A DNA stretch of 64,000 nucleotides. Source: Actinomycetes bacterium (GTDB lineage: Bacteria; Actinomycetota; Acidimicrobiia; Acidimicrobiales; Bog-793). The DNA lies in NCBI GenBank assembly GCA_021809425.1, contig JAKBAA010000001.1, forward strand, positions 26,693 to 90,692, written 5' to 3'. Positions 8,816-17,030 of the stretch are shown piece by piece. The notes under the pieces were generated by a model. That model ran no database searches. It had not been told where the DNA came from and worked only from the letters and a program-made list of their open reading frames with translations. The stretch's first letter is position 1, and each line of letters begins with the position of its first letter. The translations under genes and the position numbers were made by a program.

Positions 8816-9667
8816 TTGATCCGCCGCCGCGCCGCCGCCCTCGCCCGTTGCCTCGTGCCCGCCGGCCCCCTCGCCGGCGCGCTCGCCGGCGCGCTCCTTG
8901 CCGTGCTCGTCGCCGTGCCGCCGGCGTTCGCCGCCGGCCGACCCGCAGCGGTGGCGCCGGCGGTCGCGACGCCTGCTGCTGCGCCTGCCGCTTCGGGGCG
9001 GGCCGCGACGGCCGGCGCGCCGCCGGCCGAGGAGGCGATGCTCGACTGCCAGCACCAGCGGGTGGTCACGCCCCGGTCGTTCGTGATCTCGTGCGCCGAC
9101 GCCAACTCGGGCCTGACCGGGCTGTCGTGGGTGGCGTGGAGCCCGGGCGCGGCGGCGGCGACGGGGACGTACACGTACAACACGTGCACCCCGACCTGTG
9201 CCGCCGGCCACGACGTGTCGTACCCTGCGCTCGTCGAGGTGACCGGCGCCCTCCAGACCAATCTCGGGCTCGTCTACACCGGGCTCGCCTGGCAGTACAC
9301 GGCTGGCGGCACGGCCCACCAGATGACCTTTCCGCTGGTGGCGGTGCCCGAGCAGGTGGTCACCTGCGGGCACGCTCCGGTGGTGCGCCCGCCCAGCTAC
9401 GTCGTCGCCTGTGCCGACGGCAACACCCGGCTCGTCGGGCTGACCTGGCAGTCGTGGCAGCTGGGGGTCGCCACGGCCACGGGGACGCTCGTGTCCAACA
9501 CGTGCACGCCCGACTGCGCCGCCGGCCGGTACGTGCGGGCGCCGGTCACCGTCGAGCTGACCGGCGCCGCGGTGGGTCTGCCGGCCGGGCTGCAGTACAC
9601 GGCGATCGACCTCCAGTGGACGACCAACGGCGCCCACCATGCCGTGAGGTTCCCGCTCGCCTCCTAG
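8816..9667 (+). CDS. secreted protein with two tandem ~100-aa four-Cys domains (uncharacterised)
   Basis: TTG 8816 follows GAAGGGAG. There is a hydrophobic signal-like N-terminus. The two repeats align over C..VV.P.S.V..CAD.N..L.GL.W..W..G.A.ATGT...NTCTP.CAAG..V..P..VE.TG. Confidence 0.65.
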   Translation: MIRRRAAALARCLVPAGPLAGALAGALLAVLVAVPPAFAAGRPAAVAPAVATPAAAPAASGRAATAGAPPAEEAMLDCQHQRVVTPRSFVISCADANSGLTGLSWVAWSPGAAAATGTYTYNTCTPTCAAGHDVSYPALVEVTGALQTNLGLVYTGLAWQYTAGGTAHQMTFPLVAVPEQVVTCGHAPVVRPPSYVVACADGNTRLVGLTWQSWQLGVATATGTLVSNTCTPDCAAGRYVRAPVTVELTGAAVGLPAGLQYTAIDLQWTTNGAHHAVRFPLAS

Positions 9668-9730
9668 GCTGGCGCCGGCGTTCGCCTGGCACCCGGCCAG
9701 GATGGCCGGACGAGGGACGAGGGGAGCACC

Positions 9731-10489
9731 GTGACGACCGACGCGACGACGGCGGCAGCAGCAGCGGGGGTGGCGGCGCTCGCCCGGCGGATCACGGAGG
9801 CGCTCGCGCTCGACGATCCGCCGGTCGGCCTGGCCTTCGTCGAGTCCGCCCCGGACGGCGTGCCGGTGTTCGACGGGGTGGTGCCGTCGGCGTGCAGCTT
9901 CTGGCGGGAAGCCCGGTCGGGGACGTTCTTCGCCTCGGCCGCCCAGCACGCCAACTGCGCCGTCGGCAGCCACGTGATGGGCTTCCCGGCCGCTCCCGCC
10001 GTGCAGTCGGCGTTGCAGGAGGCCATCGAGACGATGGGCGCCTGCGGCTACCTCGGTGCCGACGAGCCGGCGCGCATCCCGACGGTGGGGCGCCCGTCGG
10101 CCGGCATCGTGTACGGGCCGCTGGCCGACCTGCCGGTGGCGGCGGACGTCGTCGTGTGCTGGCTGCAGCCGAGCCAGGCGATGCTGCTGCAGGAGGCGGC
10201 CGGCGAGGTCGACTGGACGAACGCCACCCGTCGCGGCCTCTTCGGCCGCCCGGGCTGCGCCGCCCTGCCGCTGGCGATCGCCGACGGCCGGACCGCCCTG
10301 TCGGCCGGGTGCACCGGCATGCGCATCTTCACCGAGGTGGGCGCCGACCGCCTGCTCGCCGTCCTGGCCGGCGCCGACCTCGAGGCGACCACCGCCCGGC
10401 TCGAGGGGGCCCGTCGTGCCAACGAGACGATGGCCGCCTACTACGACGGGCGCCGCCGCGGGCTCGAGGGGGCGGTCACCGGCGCCTGA
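9731..10489 (+). CDS. DUF169 domain-containing protein
   Basis: 252-aa ORF. The segments ACSFWREA, HANCAVGSHVMGF and GCTGMR are DUF169-like (COG2043). Confidence 0.75.
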   Translation: MTTDATTAAAAAGVAALARRITEALALDDPPVGLAFVESAPDGVPVFDGVVPSACSFWREARSGTFFASAAQHANCAVGSHVMGFPAAPAVQSALQEAIETMGACGYLGADEPARIPTVGRPSAGIVYGPLADLPVAADVVVCWLQPSQAMLLQEAAGEVDWTNATRRGLFGRPGCAALPLAIADGRTALSAGCTGMRIFTEVGADRLLAVLAGADLEATTARLEGARRANETMAAYYDGRRRGLEGAVTGA

Positions 10490-11937
10490 GCCGAGCAGCC
10501 GGCCCCGCCCCCGGTACCGACGCCGCCGCGCTGGCGTCCGGTGGGCTCGGCGCAGCAGAACCACGACTCGCTGAGCCGTGGACGCAGCGGACCGGGCGGC
10601 CCGAGGAGGCCGGCCGGGGCCGGCCGGCCGGCGCCGGACCGCCCGAGGACGTCGAGGGCGGTGGCCCGCACCGCCTCGTAGGCCGCCTCGGCGCCGGCTC
10701 CTTCCGCCTCGAGCGTCTCGGCGCAGGCAGCCACGGCCGCCTGGCAGTGGTCGAGCGCCGGGTCGCCCGAAAGCCAGCCGGTGCCACCGGCCTCCGGGTC
10801 GGCGCCGGTCAGTGCGGCGGCGAGGGCCGGGTCGGGCTCGTCGAGCAGGAGCGAGCCGGGCGGGAGGAGCAGCCGGATGCCGTACTGGACGGCGTCGACG
10901 TTCCAGACGAGGTCCTCGGCGGCGACGAAGTCGAGCAGCGCCACCACGTCGTCCCGGGTCGTCCACGGGGTGAACGGCAGGAACGACGGGCGCGGCTCGA
11001 CGCCGCAGCGGCGTAGCAGTCGGACCGCCCGGCGACCGTCGTCGGCCGTGTGGCCCTTGTCGAGCCGGGCCAGCACCGTGTCGCTCGTCGACTCGAGCGC
11101 GCTGATCACGAACCGCATCCCGCAGGTGGCCAGCTCGCCGACGAGGGCCTCGTGGCGGAGCAGGTGGCTCACCTTGATGGTGGCGTCGAAGGTGACGGCC
11201 GGGAAGGTCCCGGCGAGCGCCTGGGCGAACGCCGCCGCGTGGGCGGGCCGGTTGAGGAAGTCGGGGTCGGCAAGGTGCAGGTGGCGCGCCCCCTCCGCCA
11301 CGAGGGCGGCGGCGTCGGCCATCACCGCCTCGAGGGCGACCGCCCGGGACCGCCCGCCGTAGACGGCCGGGACCGGGCAGTGGCGGCAGCGGTGGTTGCA
11401 GCCGGTCGAGCTCTCGAGGGTGCCGACGAGGCGGGTCTCGCCGTCGACGTGCAGCACGGCGTAGGCGTCGAGGCCGGGTAGGCCGGCGCGGGCCTGGGCC
11501 GGGCGCGGGCCGGGCCGGGCCGGGCCGAGGGTCCGCCTGCGCCTCGGGCCGTCGGCTGCCGGGCGACCGAGCCGGTCGGCCCAGGCGACCAGCTCGGCGG
11601 CCACCTCCCCGCTCGCCGCCACGTCGCCCGGCCCGAGCAGGTCGGCGGCGGCGTCGGCGGCGGCCTCGGCGTACAGGCCGTGGAGGAACAGCGGCAGTTC
11701 GGGCCGCTCGGCCCGCAGCCGCTCGACCACGCCCAGGCCGAGCCGCCAGGCGGTGTGCATCGGGACCGACAGCACCACGCCGTCCACCTCGGCCAGCCGG
11801 TCGGCCGGCCACGGCTCGACCGCCAGGTCGACCGCCACTGCCCCGTGGCCGGCGGCCCCCAGGTGGGCGGCCGGCACCGTGCAGCCGAGCGGCCGGGCAC
11901 CGAGCTCGTAGGTGGACAGCAGCAGGAGCCGGCTCAC
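10441..11937 (-). CDS. CCAEP-tail radical SAM protein (B12-binding-like N-domain plus radical SAM core)
   Basis: CxxxCxxC is present as CNHRCRHC. The C-terminal motif is WFCCAEP (10543-10557). GTG 11937 overlaps the stop of the upstream ATP-grasp gene (GTGA). Confidence 0.85.
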   Translation of the reverse strand: MSRLLLLSTYELGARPLGCTVPAAHLGAAGHGAVAVDLAVEPWPADRLAEVDGVVLSVPMHTAWRLGLGVVERLRAERPELPLFLHGLYAEAAADAAADLLGPGDVAASGEVAAELVAWADRLGRPAADGPRRRRTLGPARPGPRPAQARAGLPGLDAYAVLHVDGETRLVGTLESSTGCNHRCRHCPVPAVYGGRSRAVALEAVMADAAALVAEGARHLHLADPDFLNRPAHAAAFAQALAGTFPAVTFDATIKVSHLLRHEALVGELATCGMRFVISALESTSDTVLARLDKGHTADDGRRAVRLLRRCGVEPRPSFLPFTPWTTRDDVVALLDFVAAEDLVWNVDAVQYGIRLLLPPGSLLLDEPDPALAAALTGADPEAGGTGWLSGDPALDHCQAAVAACAETLEAEGAGAEAAYEAVRATALDVLGRSGAGRPAPAGLLGPPGPLRPRLSESWFCCAEPTGRQRGGVGTGGGAGCSAQAPVTAPSSPRRRPS

Positions 11938-13214
11938 GCCACCGGCCCCGCCGGCTCCACCTGGCCCGCCGGCTCCACCTGGACGTCCAGCTCGCCGTGG
12001 GCGGCGCGCAGTGCCGCCTCGACCTCCTCCGGGGTGTCGCCCCGAGCGAACAGGAACCCGAGGTAGCGGTCGCCGTCCGGCAGCATCTCGATGGTGCCGC
12101 CCACCGGGGTGCTCAGCTCGAGCGCCGTGACGCCGGGCGCCTTGGCCGCCCGGTCGCGCCCGCCGACGGCCACGAGGCGACCGGAGGCCGGGATGGGCAG
12201 CATCATGACGCCGCTGGCCCCGCCGGCGGGCGCCGTGGCGAGCGGGCGACCGAGGGCCTGGGCGAGCACCAGCTCCTCGAGCGACCCGCCGGTGGCGAAG
12301 CGCAGCGCCGAAGCGCACCGCCCCCCGATGGTGCGGGCCGCCACCTCGAGCACCACCGGCTCCGTGTCCGGGCCGGGTGGCAGGCGGAGCTCGGCGTGGA
12401 CCGGGCCGTCGGTCAGCCCGAGCGCCGTGGCGGCGGCCTGCGCCGTGGCGGCGATCGCTGCCTGCACCTCGGGGGCGTGCCGCGACGGGGTGACGTAGAT
12501 GGTCTCCTCGAAGTACGGCCCGACGAGCGGGTCCGGCTTGTCGAACAGCGCCAGCACGGTGAGCCGGCCGTCGTCGACCAGCCCCTCGAGGGCCACCTCG
12601 TCCCCGTCCACGTACCGCTCGACGACGAGCCGCCGGGGCTCGCCGATCCGGTCGAGCAGCGCGATCACCCGGGCTGCCGCCTGCCGGACCTGCCGGGGGT
12701 CGTCGGCCCGGATGACCCCCCGGCTAGCCGACAGGCCCGGCGGCTTCACCACGACGGGGGGGCCGAGCCGGCAGGCCCGCTCGACGGCCCGCTCGACCAC
12801 GGCCTCGACGGCTTCGCCCGGCTCGGCGGCGCAGGCGGCGAAGTCCGGCTGGCGCACCCCGGCGGCGGCCAGCAGGTGGCGCATGGCCACCTTGTCCCGG
12901 GTGACGGCCACGGCCGCCGGCGGGTGGTGGCGAAGGCCGAGCCCGGCGGCGGCGAGGGCGGCGGCCAGCAGGCCCTGGTCGTCGACCGCGACGACGGCGT
13001 CGACCGGGTGGGCGGCAGCGAACGCCTCGATGGCGGCGGCCGCCGCCGGCGGATCGTCGAGCGGGATCTCGACGAACCGGTCGCCCATCACCTCGGCCAG
13101 CAGCTGGCGGCGCTCGGACGCCACCGTCAGGGCCACGCCGAGGCGGTCGGCGGCCGCCAGGAACGCCTCCGCCCGGTAGGTGGCCGTGGGCACGAGCAGC
13201 ACGACGCGCGACAT
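11934..13214 (-). CDS. ATP-grasp domain protein (L-amino-acid-ligase-like)
   Basis: ATG 13214 gives MSRVVLLV. The ATP-grasp segments are VVVKPPGLSASRGV, VVERYVDGDEVALEG and VLEVAARTIGG. Confidence 0.8.
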   Translation of the reverse strand: MSRVVLLVPTATYRAEAFLAAADRLGVALTVASERRQLLAEVMGDRFVEIPLDDPPAAAAAIEAFAAAHPVDAVVAVDDQGLLAAALAAAGLGLRHHPPAAVAVTRDKVAMRHLLAAAGVRQPDFAACAAEPGEAVEAVVERAVERACRLGPPVVVKPPGLSASRGVIRADDPRQVRQAAARVIALLDRIGEPRRLVVERYVDGDEVALEGLVDDGRLTVLALFDKPDPLVGPYFEETIYVTPSRHAPEVQAAIAATAQAAATALGLTDGPVHAELRLPPGPDTEPVVLEVAARTIGGRCASALRFATGGSLEELVLAQALGRPLATAPAGGASGVMMLPIPASGRLVAVGGRDRAAKAPGVTALELSTPVGGTIEMLPDGDRYLGFLFARGDTPEEVEAALRAAHGELDVQVEPAGQVEPAGPVA

Positions 13215-13282
13215 CGCCCACCATTGTGACGGTTCCACGCCACTGCGGACGCGCCCCCCTCCCCGCCCCGTACCATGGGCAG

Positions 13283-13933
13283 GTGACCCCTCCCGACCTG
13301 CCAGGCGACGGCCCGCAGCCGTTGCTGTCGATCACCGAGGCCGCCCTCGCCGCCGTCCTGGCGGCACGTGACGGCGAGCCCGAGCCGGCCGGCCTGGGCC
13401 TGTTCGTCGAGGTTGCCGGCACGAGCAACGGGGCGTACACCTACGACCTGTGGTTCGAGGCGGCCCGGGACGCCGGCCCTGGCGACCACGTCGATCACCA
13501 CGGCGACCTTGCGGTGGTCGTCCAGGAGGGCAGCGCCGAGCGCCTGGCCGGCGCCACGCTCGACGTGGGGAGCAGCGGCCTCGTCGTGCTCAACCCGAAC
13601 ACGCCGCCCCCCGAGCCGGGCGCCGTCGACCTGGCCGCGCTCGGCACCCTCGACGGTCCGGTCGCCGACGCCGTGCGGCGGGTGCTCGCCGAGGAGGTCA
13701 ACCCGCAGATCGCCGGTCATGGCGGGCGGGCCGATCTCGTCGGCGTCGACGACGAGGGTGTCGCCTACCTCGTCCTCTCCGGTGGCTGCCAGGGCTGCGG
13801 GCTGGCGTCGGTGACCCTCAGCCAGGGGATCGCCGTGGCCATCCAGGACGCCGTCCCCGAGGTGCAACGCGTCGTCGACGTCACGGCCCACGCCGAGGGT
13901 GCCAACCCGTTCTACGAGGCCGCCAAGAAGTGA
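13283..13933 (+). CDS. NifU/Nfu-type Fe-S cluster protein
   Basis: The C-terminal Nfu domain reads VNPQIAGHGGRADLVGVDD..VLSGGCQGCG. The N-terminal domain is A-type-like and lacks Cys. The start is uncertain: GTG 13283 or GTG 13226. Confidence 0.75.
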   Translation: MTPPDLPGDGPQPLLSITEAALAAVLAARDGEPEPAGLGLFVEVAGTSNGAYTYDLWFEAARDAGPGDHVDHHGDLAVVVQEGSAERLAGATLDVGSSGLVVLNPNTPPPEPGAVDLAALGTLDGPVADAVRRVLAEEVNPQIAGHGGRADLVGVDDEGVAYLVLSGGCQGCGLASVTLSQGIAVAIQDAVPEVQRVVDVTAHAEGANPFYEAAKK

Positions 13934-14079
13934 CCTGCGGCGGCCCCGGGACGGGCCGCCCGCCGATGCCGCCCGCCGCCACCATCCCGGGCCACCGGCA
14001 GCCCTGCCGTACGCGTTGCGGTCGAGGGACGCCGCAGCCGTCCCGCGAGCCCCCGGTCGTCGCCGCTCGCGCCGCTGCC

Positions 14080-14675
14080 GGGCTGCTGGCGGACAATTTC
14101 CTCGACCTCGCCCACTTGCCGTTCGTCCGTGCGGCCACCCTCGGCGCCGGAGCGCCGGTGGTGCCGCCGCTCGAGGTCCGCGGCGACGGATGGTCGTTCA
14201 TGGCGGGCAGCGAGCACGAGCTCCTCAACCGCGAGGACCCCGGCGTGGCGGCGGGGACCCGCCCGCTGCGCCAGCGCCGGCGGGTCACCTGTCGGGTGAG
14301 CGCCCCGTTCCACCTGGTGCTGCGCCCCGACTTCCTCGATGCCGGCGGCACCAACGTGATCGGGTTCTTCCTCCAGCCCGAGACCGCCGACCATTGCCGG
14401 ATCCAGTGCACGCTGTGGCGCGACGACCTCGACGGCGACCCGGCCCGAACGGCCGTGGCGGTGGCCTTCGAGGAGGCCGTCCTCGCCGAGGACCTTGCCG
14501 TCCAGGAGGCCTACGACGAGCGCAGCCTGCCGCTCGAGCCGACGGCGGAGGTCCACACGCGAGCCGACGGTCGACGATCGAGCCGCGTCGCCTGCTCGCC
14601 GACCTCATCGCCGCCGCCCGCCAGGAGCCACCCGGCTCGCGCGGCGCCGGGGGAGGGGCCGGTGTGCGAGGGTGA
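14080..14675 (+). pseudogene. remnant of a VanA/KshA-type Rieske oxygenase catalytic domain
   Basis: The segment LLADNFLDLAHLPFVRAAT carries the DNxxDxxH iron motif, but the following conserved His is Arg. There is no Rieske domain upstream. The reading frame shifts near 14565-14575 (..EVHTRADG / STIEPRRLLADLIAAARQE*). Confidence 0.55.
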
Positions 14676-14707
14676 GGGGAGGGGCGACCGACAGGAGGCG
14701 AGAGCCG

Positions 14708-15049
14708 ATGGCGGACGACAAGGCACGACAACCCGGAACGGTGCCGACCGAGGTGGACGAGGCGGACTGGCTGGCGAGCCACCAGGCCGCCGACGGGGCG
14801 CTCGAGCATCCCGGGCCACCGGAGGCGCTCGGCGACCGGCTGGCGGGCGCCGACGCGGCGGACCTGCTCGAGTCGGTCGACGACCGGCCGGTGGTCGAGC
14901 TCACCGGTGGCCTCCCGCCGGACGCCTCCGAGGCGGACGTCCTCGAGCAGCATCGGCTGCCCACCGGGGCCGGGTCCGGCTCGGACGACGGGCTCGACGG
15001 CGGCGGGCCGTTGCCCCCCGACGACGGGGAGCGCTGGGACGAGCCCTGA
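14708..15049 (+). CDS. acidic hypothetical protein
   Basis: ATG 14708 follows GGAGGCGAGAG. 113 aa, strongly acidic, with repeated EAD..(L/W)..(Q/H) segments. Confidence 0.5.
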   Translation: MADDKARQPGTVPTEVDEADWLASHQAADGALEHPGPPEALGDRLAGADAADLLESVDDRPVVELTGGLPPDASEADVLEQHRLPTGAGSGSDDGLDGGGPLPPDDGERWDEP

Positions 15050-15089
15050 CCGCGGACCGACCAACGCTCCCGAGCGCCGAACGTCCCGG

Positions 15090-16124
15090 TCAGCCCTGCG
15101 CGGAGGGGCCGGCTGGCCGCTCGTCGTGGCCGCCGAAGCCGCTGCGCATGGCCGACAGCACCTGGTTGGCGAACCGGTCGAGGTCGCGCGAGGAAAAGCG
15201 CGAGTAGAGCGCCGTCGTCAGGGTCGGGGCGGGGACCCCTTCCTCGATGGCGGCGATGGCCGTCCAGCGTCCCTCGCCCGAGTCGGAGACCCGCCCGGCG
15301 AACTCGTCCAGCTGCGGCGAGCGCACGAGGGCGGTCGCCGTGAGGTCGAGGAGCCAGGAGGCGACGACGCTGCCCCGCCGCCAGAGCTCGGCGATCTCCT
15401 TCAGGTCGAGCTCGTACCGGTACGCCTCCGGGTCGTCGAGCGGCGCCGTCTCGGCGTCGGCCTGGCGGTCGAGGCTGCCGGCGTTGGCGTGCCGCAAGAT
15501 GTTGAGCCCCTCGGCGTAGGCGGCCATCAGGCCGTACTCGATCCCGTTGTGGACCATCTTCACGAAGTGGCCGGCTCCGACCGGTCCGCAGTGCAGGTAG
15601 CCGTGCTCGGCCGGGGTCGCCTCGCCGTCCCGCCCGGGGGTGCGCGGCGCCGCCTCCACCCCGGGGGCGATCGCCTCGAAGATCGGGCGGAGCCGGTCCA
15701 CGGCGACGTCGTCGCCGCCGATCATCAGGCAGTAGCCGCGCTCGAGCCCCCAGACGCCGCCGCTCGTGCCCACGTCGAGGTAGTGGAGGCCCTCCGGGGC
15801 GAGCGACGCCGCCCGGGCGAGGTCGTCGCGGTAGTAGGTGTTGCCGCCGTCGATGACGACGTCGTCACGCTCGAGGTGGACTGCCAAGGCGTCGACCGTC
15901 TGCTGGGTGAGCTCGCCGGCCGGCACCATGACCCAGACGGCCCGCGGCGGCTCCAGCTTGGCGACGAGGTCCTCGAGGGAGACCGCCCCGGTGGCGCCCT
16001 CGCCGGCGAGCGTGGCGACGGCGTCCGGGTTGACGTCGTAGACGACGCACGTGTGGCCGGCACGCTGCAGCCGCCGCACGAGGTTGGCGCCCATCCGCCC
16101 CAGTCCGACCATCCCGAGCTGCAT
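15090..16124 (-). CDS. gnd: 6-phosphogluconate dehydrogenase (decarboxylating), short form
   Basis: The segments [40 protein letters not shown] and SDSGEGRW match it. Confidence 0.9.
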   Translation of the reverse strand: MQLGMVGLGRMGANLVRRLQRAGHTCVVYDVNPDAVATLAGEGATGAVSLEDLVAKLEPPRAVWVMVPAGELTQQTVDALAVHLERDDVVIDGGNTYYRDDLARAASLAPEGLHYLDVGTSGGVWGLERGYCLMIGGDDVAVDRLRPIFEAIAPGVEAAPRTPGRDGEATPAEHGYLHCGPVGAGHFVKMVHNGIEYGLMAAYAEGLNILRHANAGSLDRQADAETAPLDDPEAYRYELDLKEIAELWRRGSVVASWLLDLTATALVRSPQLDEFAGRVSDSGEGRWTAIAAIEEGVPAPTLTTALYSRFSSRDLDRFANQVLSAMRSGFGGHDERPAGPSAQG

Positions 16125-16185
16125 GTGCCGCCTCCCTCGTCGTCTGACCCCGTCCGGCCGAGGGTACCGCCTCGGGTCGGCGACC

Positions 16186-16947
16186 TCAGTCGCGCCGGGC
16201 CGCCAGGCCGCGCAGGTCGCCGTCCTCGTCGTGCCAGGTCGACCACGAGGCGAAGCCGCTGGCCAGAAGCGTGGGCGCCAGCACCTCGTCCTCGTCGCCG
16301 CCGAGCTCCACCAGCAGCGTCCCGCCCGGGCGGAGGAGCCGGGCCGCCGCCTCCACGACCCGCCGGAGGGTGGTGCACCCGTCCGGTCCGCCGTCGAGGG
16401 CGGCGAGCGGCTCGAAGCGGCGGACGTCGGAGGGGAGGAAGGCGAGGTCGGCGGTCGGCACGTACGGGGCGACGGCGGTCACGACGTCGAACACCCCGCC
16501 GGCCAGCCCGCCGGCCAGGTCGGCACGCACGGCACGTACGCCGTTCGCCCGGGCGCAGGCGAGCGCTGCCGGGTCGAGGTCGGTGCCGACGGCGACGGCC
16601 GACGGGACGGCGCCGGCGACGTGGGCGGCCACGGCGCCGGCGCCGGTGCACAGGTCGGCCAGCCGTCCCCCGGCGGGCAGGACGTCGGCGGCCCGCCGGG
16701 CGAGCGGCTCGCTCTGGCCTCGCGGCACGTAGCAGCCCCGGTGCACGGCCAGGCGGCGGCCGCAGAAGGTGGTGGCGCCGACGAGCCAGGCGAGCGGCTC
16801 GCCTTGCTCACGGCGTCGCACGAGGTCCTCGAGCGCCGCTCCGTCGTCGGTCGTGGCGAGCAGCTCGGCGGCCTCGTCGTCGGCTGCCACGCAGCCCGCC
16901 CGAGCCAGCCGGGCCGCCAGCGCGCCCGCCGTCACCAATCCGGTCAC
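16186..16947 (-). CDS. putative protein N5-glutamine methyltransferase (PrmC/HemK-like, actinobacterial subfamily)
   Basis: The SAM motif is [10 protein letters not shown]. Motif IV region reads AVAPYVP, followed by [13 protein letters not shown]. The start is uncertain: GTG 16947 was chosen, and the ORF is open up to 17013. Confidence 0.7.
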   Translation of the reverse strand: MTGLVTAGALAARLARAGCVAADDEAAELLATTDDGAALEDLVRRREQGEPLAWLVGATTFCGRRLAVHRGCYVPRGQSEPLARRAADVLPAGGRLADLCTGAGAVAAHVAGAVPSAVAVGTDLDPAALACARANGVRAVRADLAGGLAGGVFDVVTAVAPYVPTADLAFLPSDVRRFEPLAALDGGPDGCTTLRRVVEAAARLLRPGGTLLVELGGDEDEVLAPTLLASGFASWSTWHDEDGDLRGLAARRD

Positions 16948-17030
16948 GGCGTGCAGTCTGCACGGCCGTACCGGCGATCTGGCAGGGTGCCTTGCAAGAG
17001 CAGGGTCGCGCACCGGTACGCTTGCCGTCC

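Noticed and set aside
10543-10557. Selenocysteine recoding in the CUAEP/CCAEP-tail radical SAM gene.
   Set aside because: The motif is encoded TGC-TGC-GCC-GAG-CCC (Cys-Cys-Ala-Glu-Pro). There is no in-frame TGA at or near the motif, so this is the Cys form.
7337-11812. 1,491-aa ORF on the minus strand. Similar giants occur at 29788..34062 (minus), 14907..18083 (plus), 2453..5518 (minus), 35005..38229 (plus) and 45390..48800 (plus).
   Set aside because: The translations are Arg/Pro/Gly/Ala-rich low-complexity strings, antisense or out of frame relative to genes with clear family signatures. Long open frames are expected by chance at this GC content. Only the terminal portions that match real proteins were kept, for example the CMD protein at 7337..7888 and the ADH at 32286..33404.
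7994-14675. The two Rieske-oxygenase fragments as halves of one gene split by a 5-kb insertion.
   Set aside because: The first fragment keeps its own phthalate-family-like C-terminal tail. The second has a VanA/KshA-type catalytic motif, so they appear to derive from different subfamilies. The intervening genes show no integrase, transposase, flanking direct repeats or tRNA.
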